Of a stretch of 64,000 nucleotides of DNA, positions 33,797 through 46,666 are shown piece by piece. Each line of letters opens with the position of its first letter. Position 1 is the first letter of the stretch. The stretch lies in NCBI GenBank assembly GCA_903918885.1, contig CAIXFY010000027.1:76542-140541 (forward strand), given 5' to 3'. The notes beneath the pieces are model-generated. The model saw only the letters and a list, made by a program, of their open reading frames with translations, searched no databases and had not been told where the DNA came from. This DNA comes from an uncultured Verrucomicrobia subdivision 3 bacterium (GTDB lineage Bacteria > Verrucomicrobiota > Verrucomicrobiia > Limisphaerales > UBA11358). Position numbers and translations under genes: made by a program.

Positions 33797-36700
33797 TTAT
33801 TGGTTGGGAAGTTCAATGGGGGCAAAGGTGACATGCTCGAAACGGCCATAGGAGCCGTCTTCGAGCAGGTATGGAATTACATAGGTGACAAAATTGGTGG
33901 TCGCCGCGTTCCAATGGACGATAAACAGCTTGCCTTGGTTTGGAGTAACGTTTTCTCCTGCATCAGCAATCAATAAGTCGCCAACGTAATTCGTGAAATA
34001 ATTCGCGGAGAGCTTTATGAGTCGTCCGTTGCCGTTATCACAGGCATACAGATTTTGATTGGCGGGAATCATGTCAAAGTCTTCGGGATGGATGCCACCT
34101 TCAATCATGTTCGTCGTGTAATAAGTCGCAACCGCACCATTCGTGGCAATAGTATAAATCACGGGACTGGAATTTAGGTTCTGATCTAAGGCATCCTCAT
34201 CCCCCGTAATTATCTTACCCGCCCACGGTCCCCACTTGGCCACATCATTGGTCAGCGTGATGACGCCTTCCAAGTGCTTCGTGTTGATATTGGTGATTAA
34301 AGTCGGGTGTGCCTGTGCGTCCACACGCCACACGCCTTTGTTGCCGAGTGTGACATCCGCCCCGCTGGTCACGGCAATCACTTGGTTGCTAAACGTGCCA
34401 GTCTGATCCACATACAAACTGCCGCGCAGGAGCAGCGGATTGACCACCGTGGCATTGGTCAGCACGCACCAGCTCAAGTTAGAAACGCTGCCGTTGGCCG
34501 AGAGCTTGCCAATACCTGTGTCGCTGCCAAAGTAAACTTCGCCGTTCGTAAAACCGTTCACGGTCTTCTTTACCGTCGCCAGCTTTACTTCTTCCGATAC
34601 GCCGGACACGTTCGACCAGTTGGTCATTAGCAGGTTCGTGCTGGGTGCATTGGTGTAAAGTCGCACAAAGTTATAAGGGCTGCCGGAACTGTAATTGTAA
34701 GACACAATCAATGAGTTGGACGGCGCGTGATAGTCAATCCCCACGGGCGAGGTTATGCTAGTCACCGTTGTGAACAGCACCGTGTCTTGAATAGTATTGG
34801 TTTCGGCGGCAGCGGTGGCAGCCACCATATAGCCGTTCGTGGCCACAAGCGTCAGAATCACCGTCTCATCGCCCTCAATCAAATAATCCAACAGCGGCTG
34901 GATGTTTATATTGGTGGCGGTTTCGCCGGGGGCAAATGTCACCGTGTTGGTGATTTTGGTGTAGTCCACCCCGTTGCTCGCCGTGCCGGAAATCACATAC
35001 CTCACAGTCAGGTTGGTGTAGAAGCCGTTGTCGTCGGCACGCGTCAGGGTAAAGTAACCGGTCTGGCCAGGATAATTATTGGTGTTAAAGCCCGGTTCAA
35101 TGGTGTTTTGAGCATTGTAAATCCCCACAGTGGTGGTGCTGTCGGCAATGGTCGCCGTGCCGGTGGCGTTGTTCGTCTCAATGAAGTAGCCATTCGTCGC
35201 GTTGTCCAGCAGGGTCAAGGTCACGGTCTCCAATCCTTCCGCCAGAGTATCCGCCAGCGGCGTGATGTCTATATTGGTGGTGGTGATGCCCGGTGCAAAA
35301 TTCACTGTGCCGCCCAAAAAGGTGTAATCCACGCCGTTGCTGGCTGTGCCAGTGATGACGTAGCGCACCGGCAGGTTGGTATAAATCCCGCGCGTGTCGT
35401 AACGGGAAAACGAAAACGTGGCGGGCACGGCGGGCGCACCCGGCGGACCATTTGGCTCCACTGCCGCCGCCGCACTTACGCCCATGCTCACGGTGGTGGA
35501 AGAATCATAAATGTTAAGGCTGGCCGCATAGTTGTTGGCATCCACGGCATAGCTGTTCGTCGGCAGCAAAGTGAGCGTCACGCTTTCCACTCCTTCCGGC
35601 AGGTTGTCTTTCAGCGGGTTGATGATGATATTGGTGGCGGTTTCGCCGGCGGCAAAGGTCACGGTGTTGGTGATTCTGGTGTAGTCCACCCCGTTGCTCG
35701 CCGTGCCAGAAACCATATATTGCACCTTCATCGCGTTGGTGTAGATGCCCCGAAAATCGGAGCGATACACACTGAAAGTCCCCGTTGTCGCCGCCACGCC
35801 CGGCGGGCCATCGGGTTCAATCGCATCGTAGCCGCCCGCAGAGATGCTAACCGTGGTGGAACTGTCATATAGATTGATGGTTGCCGTGCTGTTATTCGGA
35901 TCAATGAGATAATCATTCGTCCGCATCAGTGTCAGCGTCACCGTTTCCATTCCTTCCAGCAAACTGTCCGCGATGGGATTGATGACGATGGGTGTGGAAC
36001 CGGTGCCATTGGTCAGTGTCGCCACGCCGGACAAAGCGGTGTAATCCACTCCATTGCTCGCCGTGCCGCTGACGCGATAATAGACCGTGACATTGTTAGT
36101 CACGCCCGAGGCTTGGTAGCCAGATATGTAAAAAAGACCGGCCTGTCCGGGAACGCCGCCAAAAGGTTCCACCGCGTCCAGCGAGGCACTGATGGAAACC
36201 GCCCAACCAGCCTGATGGATGCGGAAAAACATCAGCGGATTATCCGTGATGTCCACCGGGGTAAAGAGCGTCGTGTTGGTCGCCGTATCGCCAAAGCGAA
36301 TCTCGCCCGGTTGCCACCAGTTGTCCAGCAGGTTGGTATTGCTCAAAAGCTGGTAGAGGTTGGTTTCCGAAGTGTTGTGCGCCAGCACCGTCGCCAGTTG
36401 GTTGGTTGTATCCAGACTCGTGACCTCCAACCACAAAGTTGTTGGGCTATAAGACGCCAGCATCGGCGCAAAGCTTCTTTGCTGCTGCGAGGAATCTTCT
36501 TCCATCCCCAAAGCCGTCGCCAACTTCTGCGTCACCTGTGCGCCCAAAACTTGTTCAACCAAATTCGCCACAGAATTGGCCAACGCCTCCACCGCCGTCG
36601 TCACCTGTTCCGCCGTGACCGTCATCCCCGACCGTCCCGCCCGCCGCGAACTGGCACTCATCACCTGTCCGCGCGTGGCATCCACCAGAAAGATGTTGCC

Positions 36701-36994
36701 CGTGATGTTGTAAATCGGCTGGCTTAAATCTGGTGGCGGACAAGGCCAAGGCGCGCTGACGCCATTGGAGGAAACCACCCAGTAAGTGCCGAACCCCGGC
36801 AGATTCGCCGGATCAATCTGCGCCAAACCTTTCGCCTCGGCGGTCACGGCCACAACGGAATCCGGCTGCGCCGGTTGCTCAATGCCGCTGGCTTGAACGG
36901 GTTGAGCCGATTGAAAAGATAGTTGTGCGTGCAGAACGCCCAGAAGTGTCAGCAGTCCCAGCCCGATGAATAATCCGCCTTTGATTGATTTCAT
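33797..36994 (-). CDS. Large secreted protein with four Calx-beta domains and a C-terminal beta-rich domain
   Basis: 1065 aa with a signal peptide (MKSIKGGLFIGLGLLTLLGVLHAQ). There are four repeats of about 118 aa, each carrying Y(R/M)(V/I)SGTASNGVDYT...F(A)PGETATNI.I.PL.D.L.EG.E(S/T)V.LTL, at roughly 34717-36142. The stop lies 5 nt before the PEP-CTERM gene start. Confidence 0.8.
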   Translation of the reverse strand: MKSIKGGLFIGLGLLTLLGVLHAQLSFQSAQPVQASGIEQPAQPDSVVAVTAEAKGLAQIDPANLPGFGTYWVVSSNGVSAPWPCPPPDLSQPIYNITGNIFLVDATRGQVMSASSRRAGRSGMTVTAEQVTTAVEALANSVANLVEQVLGAQVTQKLATALGMEEDSSQQQRSFAPMLASYSPTTLWLEVTSLDTTNQLATVLAHNTSETNLYQLLSNTNLLDNWWQPGEIRFGDTATNTTLFTPVDITDNPLMFFRIHQAGWAVSISASLDAVEPFGGVPGQAGLFYISGYQASGVTNNVTVYYRVSGTASNGVDYTALSGVATLTNGTGSTPIVINPIADSLLEGMETVTLTLMRTNDYLIDPNNSTATINLYDSSTTVSISAGGYDAIEPDGPPGVAATTGTFSVYRSDFRGIYTNAMKVQYMVSGTASNGVDYTRITNTVTFAAGETATNIIINPLKDNLPEGVESVTLTLLPTNSYAVDANNYAASLNIYDSSTTVSMGVSAAAAVEPNGPPGAPAVPATFSFSRYDTRGIYTNLPVRYVITGTASNGVDYTFLGGTVNFAPGITTTNIDITPLADTLAEGLETVTLTLLDNATNGYFIETNNATGTATIADSTTTVGIYNAQNTIEPGFNTNNYPGQTGYFTLTRADDNGFYTNLTVRYVISGTASNGVDYTKITNTVTFAPGETATNINIQPLLDYLIEGDETVILTLVATNGYMVAATAAAETNTIQDTVLFTTVTSITSPVGIDYHAPSNSLIVSYNYSSGSPYNFVRLYTNAPSTNLLMTNWSNVSGVSEEVKLATVKKTVNGFTNGEVYFGSDTGIGKLSANGSVSNLSWCVLTNATVVNPLLLRGSLYVDQTGTFSNQVIAVTSGADVTLGNKGVWRVDAQAHPTLITNINTKHLEGVITLTNDVAKWGPWAGKIITGDEDALDQNLNSSPVIYTIATNGAVATYYTTNMIEGGIHPEDFDMIPANQNLYACDNGNGRLIKLSANYFTNYVGDLLIADAGENVTPNQGKLFIVHWNAATTNFVTYVIPYLLEDGSYGRFEHVTFAPIELPNQ

Positions 36995-37709
36995 TTATTC
37001 CCTTTCTTCGCGAACCCTGTCCCGGAACTAAAGAGCGCGGACTCGACGCACTCTGTCCCAGGCACCGCGAAGCGCCTTCCAACATAGCACGCCAAGCCGC
37101 GCCAGTTGGCGCGTGCTTGGTGATAATGTTGGAGGCTTGGAAATTCGCGGTTTCGGGACAGCCCCGTAGCCAAAGCTACGCAAATATGTTTTAGTTCTTT
37201 GTCGGATATAGCCGACTGGTTTGTTTCTACGCCCGTCACTGCCGATTGACAAGACTTTTTTGGTAAAGTTCCCCTTGCGCGCGAGACTGCCAGATTGGGC
37301 ATTCCCCTTAAAAGACGACGCCTGACCAATCCGCCAGACTCACGCTCTCCCTATGTTTGACGGAGACTATGGAAAGTTGGCACTACCGCGCAAATTGCCG
37401 TGGCGCGTCCATGCCAATTTTCCACAGACTCCGAGGGTTTGAATTGAAAAGTTAGTTGGGTTGTTTGTCTTCGCCTTTTTTAGCTGCCGTCATTCCCCAC
37501 CGTCTGCCGCTCACTCGTCCGACAACCAGCCGAGTTTGGTAGCGAGATCAAAAACCGCGCCAGCGTGTCCCCTTCACCCTCTTCCCCACTGTCACGCTTT
37601 TAGCTTTCGCTTGGTATGGATTGCATTTCATGCACGGCTCGCTGTCTCCCGCAATGGTGAAGCGAGCAGCATACGGCAGGGTGACGGACAGCGGTTTCAA
37701 AAAAAAGCT

Positions 37710-38072
37710 ATGAAAACAACAAATCAAACAATTGAAGCGAAACAAGCTCCGGCGAATGTCCGGCCATCGTCGGCTTCAAAACATCAGATGAATCGGGGAT
37801 TATCCACACAGGCGGTCTTGAACTGCTTGCGGTCAAAGTTGCCGCAGCAATACGAATTGGCGGAAGTTGTCGGCAAATGGGTTTGGCTCGATGTGTCACC
37901 AGCACGGAAGCCGATGCTGGCAAAAATGCTTTGGTCTTTGGGCTTTCACTGGAATCAGCGGCGCGGCGTCTGGCAGCATCCTTGCGGTAGCTTTGACCCG
38001 CTCGGCAGTCATCCCACCGACCCGCGCAGCAAGTATCGCTGCTATTTTCCCGCCGATGTTTTGCCCGCCTAA
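37710..38072 (+). CDS. Hypothetical small protein at the right end of the island
   Basis: 120 aa from the ATG at 37710. The annotated ORF from 37461 begins with TTG and has an implausible leader. The C-terminal pattern VGKWVWLDV...LWSLGFHWNQRRGVWQHP recalls small orphan proteins of plasmids and ICEs. That recollection is unverified. Confidence 0.4.
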   Translation: MKTTNQTIEAKQAPANVRPSSASKHQMNRGLSTQAVLNCLRSKLPQQYELAEVVGKWVWLDVSPARKPMLAKMLWSLGFHWNQRRGVWQHPCGSFDPLGSHPTDPRSKYRCYFPADVLPA

Positions 38073-38216
38073 ACCTAGAAATTCGCCACCGGCACTGTCA
38101 GTGAAAGTGTCAGTGAAAATTCACGCGGGTAGTGAAAAATTGTGGCGCGTTAAACCAAATAGTCTTTAATTTTACCAACGATTTGCTAATTTCCCTTTGT
38201 CTGAATCAATGCTAAA

Positions 38217-38246
38217 GATGTGTTTCATCTATACAAATCTGTGGCT
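38217..38246. repeat. Half copy of the AGCCACAGA-family palindromic element immediately downstream of gcvP
   Basis: Sequence: GATGTGTTTCATCT-ATACAA-ATCTGTGGCT. The last 10 nt are the exact reverse complement of 28871-28880 and overlap the gcvP stop codon (38245-38247). Confidence 0.65.
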
Positions 38247-41157
38247 AAGAATAATTCTCCATCCCCACGCACGAACACACCGGGTTGCGGTCGCCGAAGA
38301 CGTTGTCCACGCGGCTGACGTGCGGCCAGAATTTATATTCGTGCAAACTTTTCGCCGGGAACGCCGCCTGTTCGCGACCGTAAGGACGATTCCAATTGTC
38401 GCTGGCGATCTGGTCGGCGGTGTGTGGCGCGTTTTTGAGCAGATTGTTCTTCGCGTCGGCGGTGCCGTTTTCAATCGCAGTCATTTCAGCGTGGATGGAA
38501 ATCATCGCGGCGCAGAAACGGTCGAGTTCGTATTTGGATTCGCTTTCGGTGGGTTCGACCATCAGCGTGCCGGCGACGGGCCACGAAAGCGTCGGCGCGT
38601 GGAAGCCATAATCCATGAGGCGTTTCGCCACGTCCTCGGCGGTGGTCTCGTGGAATGCGCGCAAATCCAGAATGCACTCGTGCGCCACGAGGCCGTTGCT
38701 GCGGTAAAGCGTCGGAAAATATTTTTCCAAGCGCGCGGCGATGTAATTTGCGTTGAGAATGGCGAACTTTGTCGCATCGGTGAGTCCGTCGGCGCCCATC
38801 ATCGCGATATACATCCACGAGATGGTGCAGATGCTCGCGCTGCCCCACGGCGCGGCGCTGACAGGACCGATGTGTTGCTTGGAATGATCCACGTCTTCGA
38901 GCCGCGAGGTGAACACGGGATGGCTCGGCAGAAACGGCACGAGATGTTTCGCCACGCCGATCGGCCCGACGCCCGGCCCGCCACCGCCGTGCGGAATGCA
39001 AAACGTTTTGTGCAGGTTCAAATGGCAGACATCCGCGCCGATGAAGCCGGGCGAAGTGAGACCGACTTGCGCGTTCATGTTCGCGCCGTCCATATAAACC
39101 TGTCCGCCGTTCGCGTGAATGATATCGCAGATGTCGCGGATGGTTTCCTCGAACACGCCGTGCGTGCTGGGATACGTGATCATCAGGCAGGAGAGTTCCG
39201 CTTTATTCGCCTCGGCTTTTGATTTGAGATCGGCGACGTCGATGTTGCCATTCGTGTCGCACGCGACGGCGACGACTTTCATGCCGGCCATCACGGCGCT
39301 GGCGGGATTCGTGCCGTGCGCGGAAGTCGGAATCAGACAGACGTTGCGATGCTTGTCGCCACGCGATTCGTGATAGGCGCGGATGACGAGCAACCCGGCG
39401 TATTCGCCTTGCGAACCGGCGTTGGGCTGGAGCGAAATTCCCGCGAAGCCGGTGATCTCCGCGAGCCAGTCTTCGAGGTTCTGAAAAAGAATCTGGTAGC
39501 CACGTGCCTGCGACAATGGCGTGAACGGATGCATCTTGGAAAATTCCGGCCATGAGACGGGAAACATTTCCGCCGCCGCGTTCAGCTTCATCGTGCACGA
39601 GCCGAGCGGAATCATCGAAGCCGTGAGCGAGAGGTCGCGTGATTCGAGGCGCTTGATGTAGCGCAGCATCTCGGTCTCGCTGTGGTAGCGGTTAAAGACG
39701 GAGTGCTGGAGGAACGGCGAGGTGCGGTTCAGCTTTTCTTGGAAATCAAGATTGTTGACGACATATTCATTCCTAAGCATTTCCGCAGCGGTAAAATTAA
39801 CTTTTTTTGCCGCGAAGGCTTCCCAAATCAATTCCAAATCTGCAAAAGACGTTGTCTCATCTAGCGAAATCCCAACACATTGTTCATCATCTGGAAATTC
39901 ACGCAAATTAGCTCCACGTCGCCGCGCTTCCTCAACCACCAACTTTGCTGCTCCAGGCCTGACGAGCACGCAAACTGTGTCAAAAAAATCGTAATGCTGT
40001 CGAGGGCCATGGAAGTAGTCTTCATAGCCCAAGCGGTGCAAACCTGCTGAGAGGGCAACCGCCAAGTGATGAACGCGTTCCGCAATCTTCTTCAACCCCT
40101 CCGCGCCATGATAGCACGCGTAAAGTGACGCCATGTTCGCGAGCAACGCCTGCGCGGTGCAGATGTTGCTCGTGGCTTTCTCGCGACGGATGTGCTGCTC
40201 GCGCGTGCCGAGCGCGAGGCGCAAGGCTGGTTTGCCGCGCGAATCTTTGGAGACACCGACAATTCGTCCGGGCATCTGGCGCTTGAATTCATCGCGCGTG
40301 GCGAAGAACGCCGCGTGCGGTCCGCCGTAGCCCAGCGGCACGCCGAAGCGTTGCGCGCTGCCGACGGCAATGTCCGCGCCGAATTCGCCCGGCGGTTTGA
40401 TGAGCGTGAGTGCGAGCAAATCCGTGGCGACGGTGAGCATCGCCCCGGCAGCATGAGCTTTTTCCGCGAAGCCTGAGAAATCGTGAATCGCGCCAAAAGT
40501 GTCGGGATATTGCACGAGCGCGCCAAAAACTTTTTCGGTGAACGAAAATGTTTCGTGATTGCCGATGACGATTTCAATATCAAGCGCATGGGCGCGAGCG
40601 CGCACCACTTCGATGGTCTGCGGATGACACGCCTCCGAAACGAAGAACGTATTCCGACCTTCGCGCAAGCGCAGCGACATGGTCATCGCTTCAGCAGCAG
40701 CGGTGGCTTCGTCGAGCATGGAAGCATTCGCGATGTCGAGCGCGGTGAGGTCGGTAACCATTGTTTGAAAATTCAGGAGCGCCTCAAGGCGACCTTGAGA
40801 AATTTCCGCCTGATACGGCGTGTATTGCGTATACCAGCCGGGATTTTCCAACACGCTGCGCTGGATCACCGGCGGCGTGATGGTGTCGTAATAGCCCTGG
40901 CCGATGAACGAGCGGAACACTTTATTCTCGCTGGCGATGCGGCGGATTTCAGCGAGCGCTTCTGATTCCGTCCGCGCGGGCGGCAAATTTAATTTATTAC
41001 CCAAACGAATTTTGGCGGGAACGGCGGCGTCGATCAGTTCGTCCAAATTTTTGTGACCAAGCAACGCCAGCATCGCGTTGGTTTCTGTCACATCGGGGCC
41101 GATGTGACGGCTGACAAATTGGTCGGGATGCGCGAGCTGATTTTCAGTCAAAGACAT
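38245..41157 (-). CDS. gcvP: Glycine dehydrogenase (decarboxylating), single-chain P-protein
   Basis: 970 aa. Motifs seen: HIGP near the N-terminus, [29 protein letters not shown], and the PLP-Lys region [19 protein letters not shown]. Confidence 0.95.
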   Translation of the reverse strand: MSLTENQLAHPDQFVSRHIGPDVTETNAMLALLGHKNLDELIDAAVPAKIRLGNKLNLPPARTESEALAEIRRIASENKVFRSFIGQGYYDTITPPVIQRSVLENPGWYTQYTPYQAEISQGRLEALLNFQTMVTDLTALDIANASMLDEATAAAEAMTMSLRLREGRNTFFVSEACHPQTIEVVRARAHALDIEIVIGNHETFSFTEKVFGALVQYPDTFGAIHDFSGFAEKAHAAGAMLTVATDLLALTLIKPPGEFGADIAVGSAQRFGVPLGYGGPHAAFFATRDEFKRQMPGRIVGVSKDSRGKPALRLALGTREQHIRREKATSNICTAQALLANMASLYACYHGAEGLKKIAERVHHLAVALSAGLHRLGYEDYFHGPRQHYDFFDTVCVLVRPGAAKLVVEEARRRGANLREFPDDEQCVGISLDETTSFADLELIWEAFAAKKVNFTAAEMLRNEYVVNNLDFQEKLNRTSPFLQHSVFNRYHSETEMLRYIKRLESRDLSLTASMIPLGSCTMKLNAAAEMFPVSWPEFSKMHPFTPLSQARGYQILFQNLEDWLAEITGFAGISLQPNAGSQGEYAGLLVIRAYHESRGDKHRNVCLIPTSAHGTNPASAVMAGMKVVAVACDTNGNIDVADLKSKAEANKAELSCLMITYPSTHGVFEETIRDICDIIHANGGQVYMDGANMNAQVGLTSPGFIGADVCHLNLHKTFCIPHGGGGPGVGPIGVAKHLVPFLPSHPVFTSRLEDVDHSKQHIGPVSAAPWGSASICTISWMYIAMMGADGLTDATKFAILNANYIAARLEKYFPTLYRSNGLVAHECILDLRAFHETTAEDVAKRLMDYGFHAPTLSWPVAGTLMVEPTESESKYELDRFCAAMISIHAEMTAIENGTADAKNNLLKNAPHTADQIASDNWNRPYGREQAAFPAKSLHEYKFWPHVSRVDNVFGDRNPVCSCVGMENYS

Positions 41158-41278
41158 TCGTCGAAAATAAAGTTGGTTTTGGCAAAAAGCGAGTTGGATT
41201 TATTCACAGGACGGGAGTCTGGCTGGTTTTTCGCAGATACAACATGTTTGGTTGGCAAGTTAAAACCGCCACAACTAA

Positions 41279-43912
<2,634 letters not shown>

Positions 43913-43945
43913 TCAGACTGAAACAATTTTTCCCGAATCCGTATC

Positions 43946-46621
43946 ATGCCAGACGAAACTGAACCTACAGCCCCAGTCCCACCGCAACAGCCAGAGCAGC
44001 ACGCCAGCGGCGGCGCTTACACGCAGGGCGAAAAGATTTCCAAGATCAATGTCGCTGACGAGATCAAGAACTCGTTCCTCGACTACTCGATGTCCGTGAT
44101 CATTTCACGCGCATTGCCCGACGTGCGCGACGGATTGAAGCCTTCGCAACGCCGCATCCTTTACGCGATGCATGAGCTTTCGCTCTTCCCCGGACGTAAG
44201 CCTTACAAGTGCGCGAAAATCTGCGGTGACACTTCCGGTAACTACCATCCACACGGCGAAGCGGTCATCTATCCGACGCTCGTGCACATGGCGCAACCAT
44301 GGGCGATGCGCGAAAAACTCGTGGATGGCAAAGGCAACTTCGGTTCTGTCGAAAATGATCCGCCGGCGGCGATGCGTTATACCGAGGCGCGTTTGACGCA
44401 TCTCGGCGCGGCGTTGATGCAGGACATGGACAAGGATACGGTGGATTTCGTCCCGAACTACGACGAACGTCTCACCGAGCCAAGAGTTTTTCCTGCGGCG
44501 TTTCCGAATTTGCTCGTCAACGGCGGCACAGGCATCGCGGTCGGCATGGCCACGAACATGGCTCCGCACAATCTTGGCGAAGTCGTGGACGGTATCTGTG
44601 CGCAGATAGACAAGCCGGAGATCACGATTCCCGAATTGATGAAATTCATCAAGGGCGCGGACTTTCCGACTGGCGGATTTCTCTGTGGCATCGAAGGCAT
44701 CAAGAATTATTTCACCACCGGCAAAGGTAGTTTGAAATTGCGCGGTCGCATCGGTGTGGAAGAAATGAAGGGTAACCGCGAGCAGTTGGTCATCACGGAA
44801 ATCCCTTACAACGTCAATCGCGCGGGGCTCGAAGAACAGATCGCGAACCTTGTTAATGAAAAGATCATCACGGAAATTTCCGCGATGCGTAATGAGTCGG
44901 ACGAGCATTGCCGCATCGTCATCGAATTGAAACGCGACGCGAATCCGAAAGTCGTCATCGCGAAATTATTTCAGCACACGCAACTCGAAGTTTCGTTCAG
45001 CGTCAACTCGCTGGCGATCGATCACGGACGTCCGAAGACGCTCAATCTCAAAGAAATCATCCAATGCTATATCGAGCATCGCCGCGAAGTGGTTTTGCGC
45101 CGCACGCGCTTTGAATTGCGCAAGGCCGAGGAACGCGCCGAGCTGCTCGAAGGCTACATCATCGCGCTGTCGAATCTCGATGAGTTCATCCACATCATCC
45201 GCTCCAGCAAAACCCGCGACGAAGCGCGTGTGAAGTTGTTGGCGTTTGAATGGTCGCGTGAACAGGTGGAAAAATGGGGCGTGCTCATCCGCAGCGAAGC
45301 GCGCTTGGATGCGGGCCGTTACGCACTGACTGAACGTCAGGTGGACGCGATTCTGGAACTGCGTTTGTATCAATTGACCGGTTTGGAAATCGACAAGATC
45401 GACAAGGAATACAAAGCCTTGGTTGAAGTCATCAAAGACTTGCTCGACATCCTCGCAAAGGAATCACGCGTGATGGCGATCATCAAAGCGGAGTTGCTGG
45501 CCATCAAAGAAAAGCACGCCACACCGCGCAAAACGGAAATTGTGCCGGACGAAGGCGAGATTGCCATCGAAGATTTGATCGCGAACGAAGGCGTCATCAT
45601 CACGCTCACGCACAATGGTCTGCTCAAGCGTACGAATGTCAGCCAATATCGCGCGCAGCGACGCGGCGGGAAGGGCGTCATCGGTATGACCACGCGCGAA
45701 GGCGAGACCGAGGCGGACAATGACTTCGTGGAGCATCTCTTCACCGCGAGCACGCACGACTACCTGATGTTCTTCACGAACACCGGTCGCGTGTATGTCG
45801 AGCGCGTGCACGAGATTCCCGACATGGGCCGTGCCGCGAAAGGTCGTAGCATCGCGAATCTGCTCGAACTGAAAGCGGATGAAAAAATTGCCGCGCTTAT
45901 CCGGATTTTGTCGAAGACAAACGAGAATCGCGCAGACGTGACGTGGTCGCAGCCGGGAGAACTTTTCTTTGCGACCAAGCAAGGCACAGTGAAGAAAACT
46001 TCGTTGAGTGATTTTGGAAATGTTCGAAAGGGCGGCATCATCGCCATCGGCATCGAACCGGGCGATACATTGATTGATGTGAAACTTACGCGCGGCAGCA
46101 CGGGCGAAGGCGACAACGGTGACGACGTGGTTCTAATCACGAAGGAAGGCCAAAGCATACGCTTCCACGAAACCGATGTGCGTTCCATGGGCCGTGCGGC
46201 TGGCGGCGTGCGCGGCATCAGTCTTGAATCCAATGACAAACTCGTAGCTGCGGCGATTGTAGTTCCCGACGCGGCATTGCTAGTCGCAGGTGAAAACGGC
46301 ATTGGCAAACGCACTGGCTTTGACGAATACCGTGTCCAGTCGCGCGGCGGCAAAGGCATCATCACCATGAAGACCGGTGATAAGACTGGCGGCGTGGTTG
46401 GCGCGCTGACGGTGAAGGATACGGATGAAATCATGTTAATCACCGTTGGCGGCCAGATGGTTCGCATCGGCGTCGGCGGCATTCGCGAAGCCGGGCGCAA
46501 CACGCAAGGCGTTAAGCTCATGAACCTCGATGTTGGTGACAAGTTGCAGGCTATTGCCCAAGTTATCGGTGAAGACAAGGACGATGTAGTGACGCCAACC
46601 GAGTCGACTCCGGCCAGTTAA
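43946..46621 (+). CDS. gyrA: DNA gyrase subunit A
   Basis: 891 aa. Motifs seen: RALPDVRDGLKPSQRRILYAM, GNYHPHGEAVIYPTLV, the catalytic Tyr in AAMRYTEARL, and C-terminal beta-pinwheel repeats. Confidence 0.95.
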   Translation: MPDETEPTAPVPPQQPEQHASGGAYTQGEKISKINVADEIKNSFLDYSMSVIISRALPDVRDGLKPSQRRILYAMHELSLFPGRKPYKCAKICGDTSGNYHPHGEAVIYPTLVHMAQPWAMREKLVDGKGNFGSVENDPPAAMRYTEARLTHLGAALMQDMDKDTVDFVPNYDERLTEPRVFPAAFPNLLVNGGTGIAVGMATNMAPHNLGEVVDGICAQIDKPEITIPELMKFIKGADFPTGGFLCGIEGIKNYFTTGKGSLKLRGRIGVEEMKGNREQLVITEIPYNVNRAGLEEQIANLVNEKIITEISAMRNESDEHCRIVIELKRDANPKVVIAKLFQHTQLEVSFSVNSLAIDHGRPKTLNLKEIIQCYIEHRREVVLRRTRFELRKAEERAELLEGYIIALSNLDEFIHIIRSSKTRDEARVKLLAFEWSREQVEKWGVLIRSEARLDAGRYALTERQVDAILELRLYQLTGLEIDKIDKEYKALVEVIKDLLDILAKESRVMAIIKAELLAIKEKHATPRKTEIVPDEGEIAIEDLIANEGVIITLTHNGLLKRTNVSQYRAQRRGGKGVIGMTTREGETEADNDFVEHLFTASTHDYLMFFTNTGRVYVERVHEIPDMGRAAKGRSIANLLELKADEKIAALIRILSKTNENRADVTWSQPGELFFATKQGTVKKTSLSDFGNVRKGGIIAIGIEPGDTLIDVKLTRGSTGEGDNGDDVVLITKEGQSIRFHETDVRSMGRAAGGVRGISLESNDKLVAAAIVVPDAALLVAGENGIGKRTGFDEYRVQSRGGKGIITMKTGDKTGGVVGALTVKDTDEIMLITVGGQMVRIGVGGIREAGRNTQGVKLMNLDVGDKLQAIAQVIGEDKDDVVTPTESTPAS

Positions 46622-46666
46622 TTCTTGCGGTGGTTTTTTGAATTTGTTTTCATCCGCGTTCGTTTT

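Larger units (their letters stand above)
28918..38230. mobile_element. Putative ~9.3-kb integrative island (tyrosine recombinase + HUH Rep + XRE switch + Calx-beta/PEP-CTERM cargo)
   Basis: A 12-bp direct repeat TGTGTTTCATCT occurs at 28918-28929 and 38219-38230. Subterminal motifs are shared: CACTGTCAGTG..GTCAGT and AATTCGCCAC at 28986-29037 and 38080-38114. The content is accessory while both flanks are housekeeping. The boundaries are inferred, not proven. Confidence 0.6.

Noticed and set aside
37461-37709. TTG-initiated 83-aa leader of the 203-aa ORF at the right end of the island.
   Set aside because: It is a Cys/His/Pro/Ser-rich sequence of low plausibility. I prefer the ATG at 37710, which is preceded by an A-rich tract.
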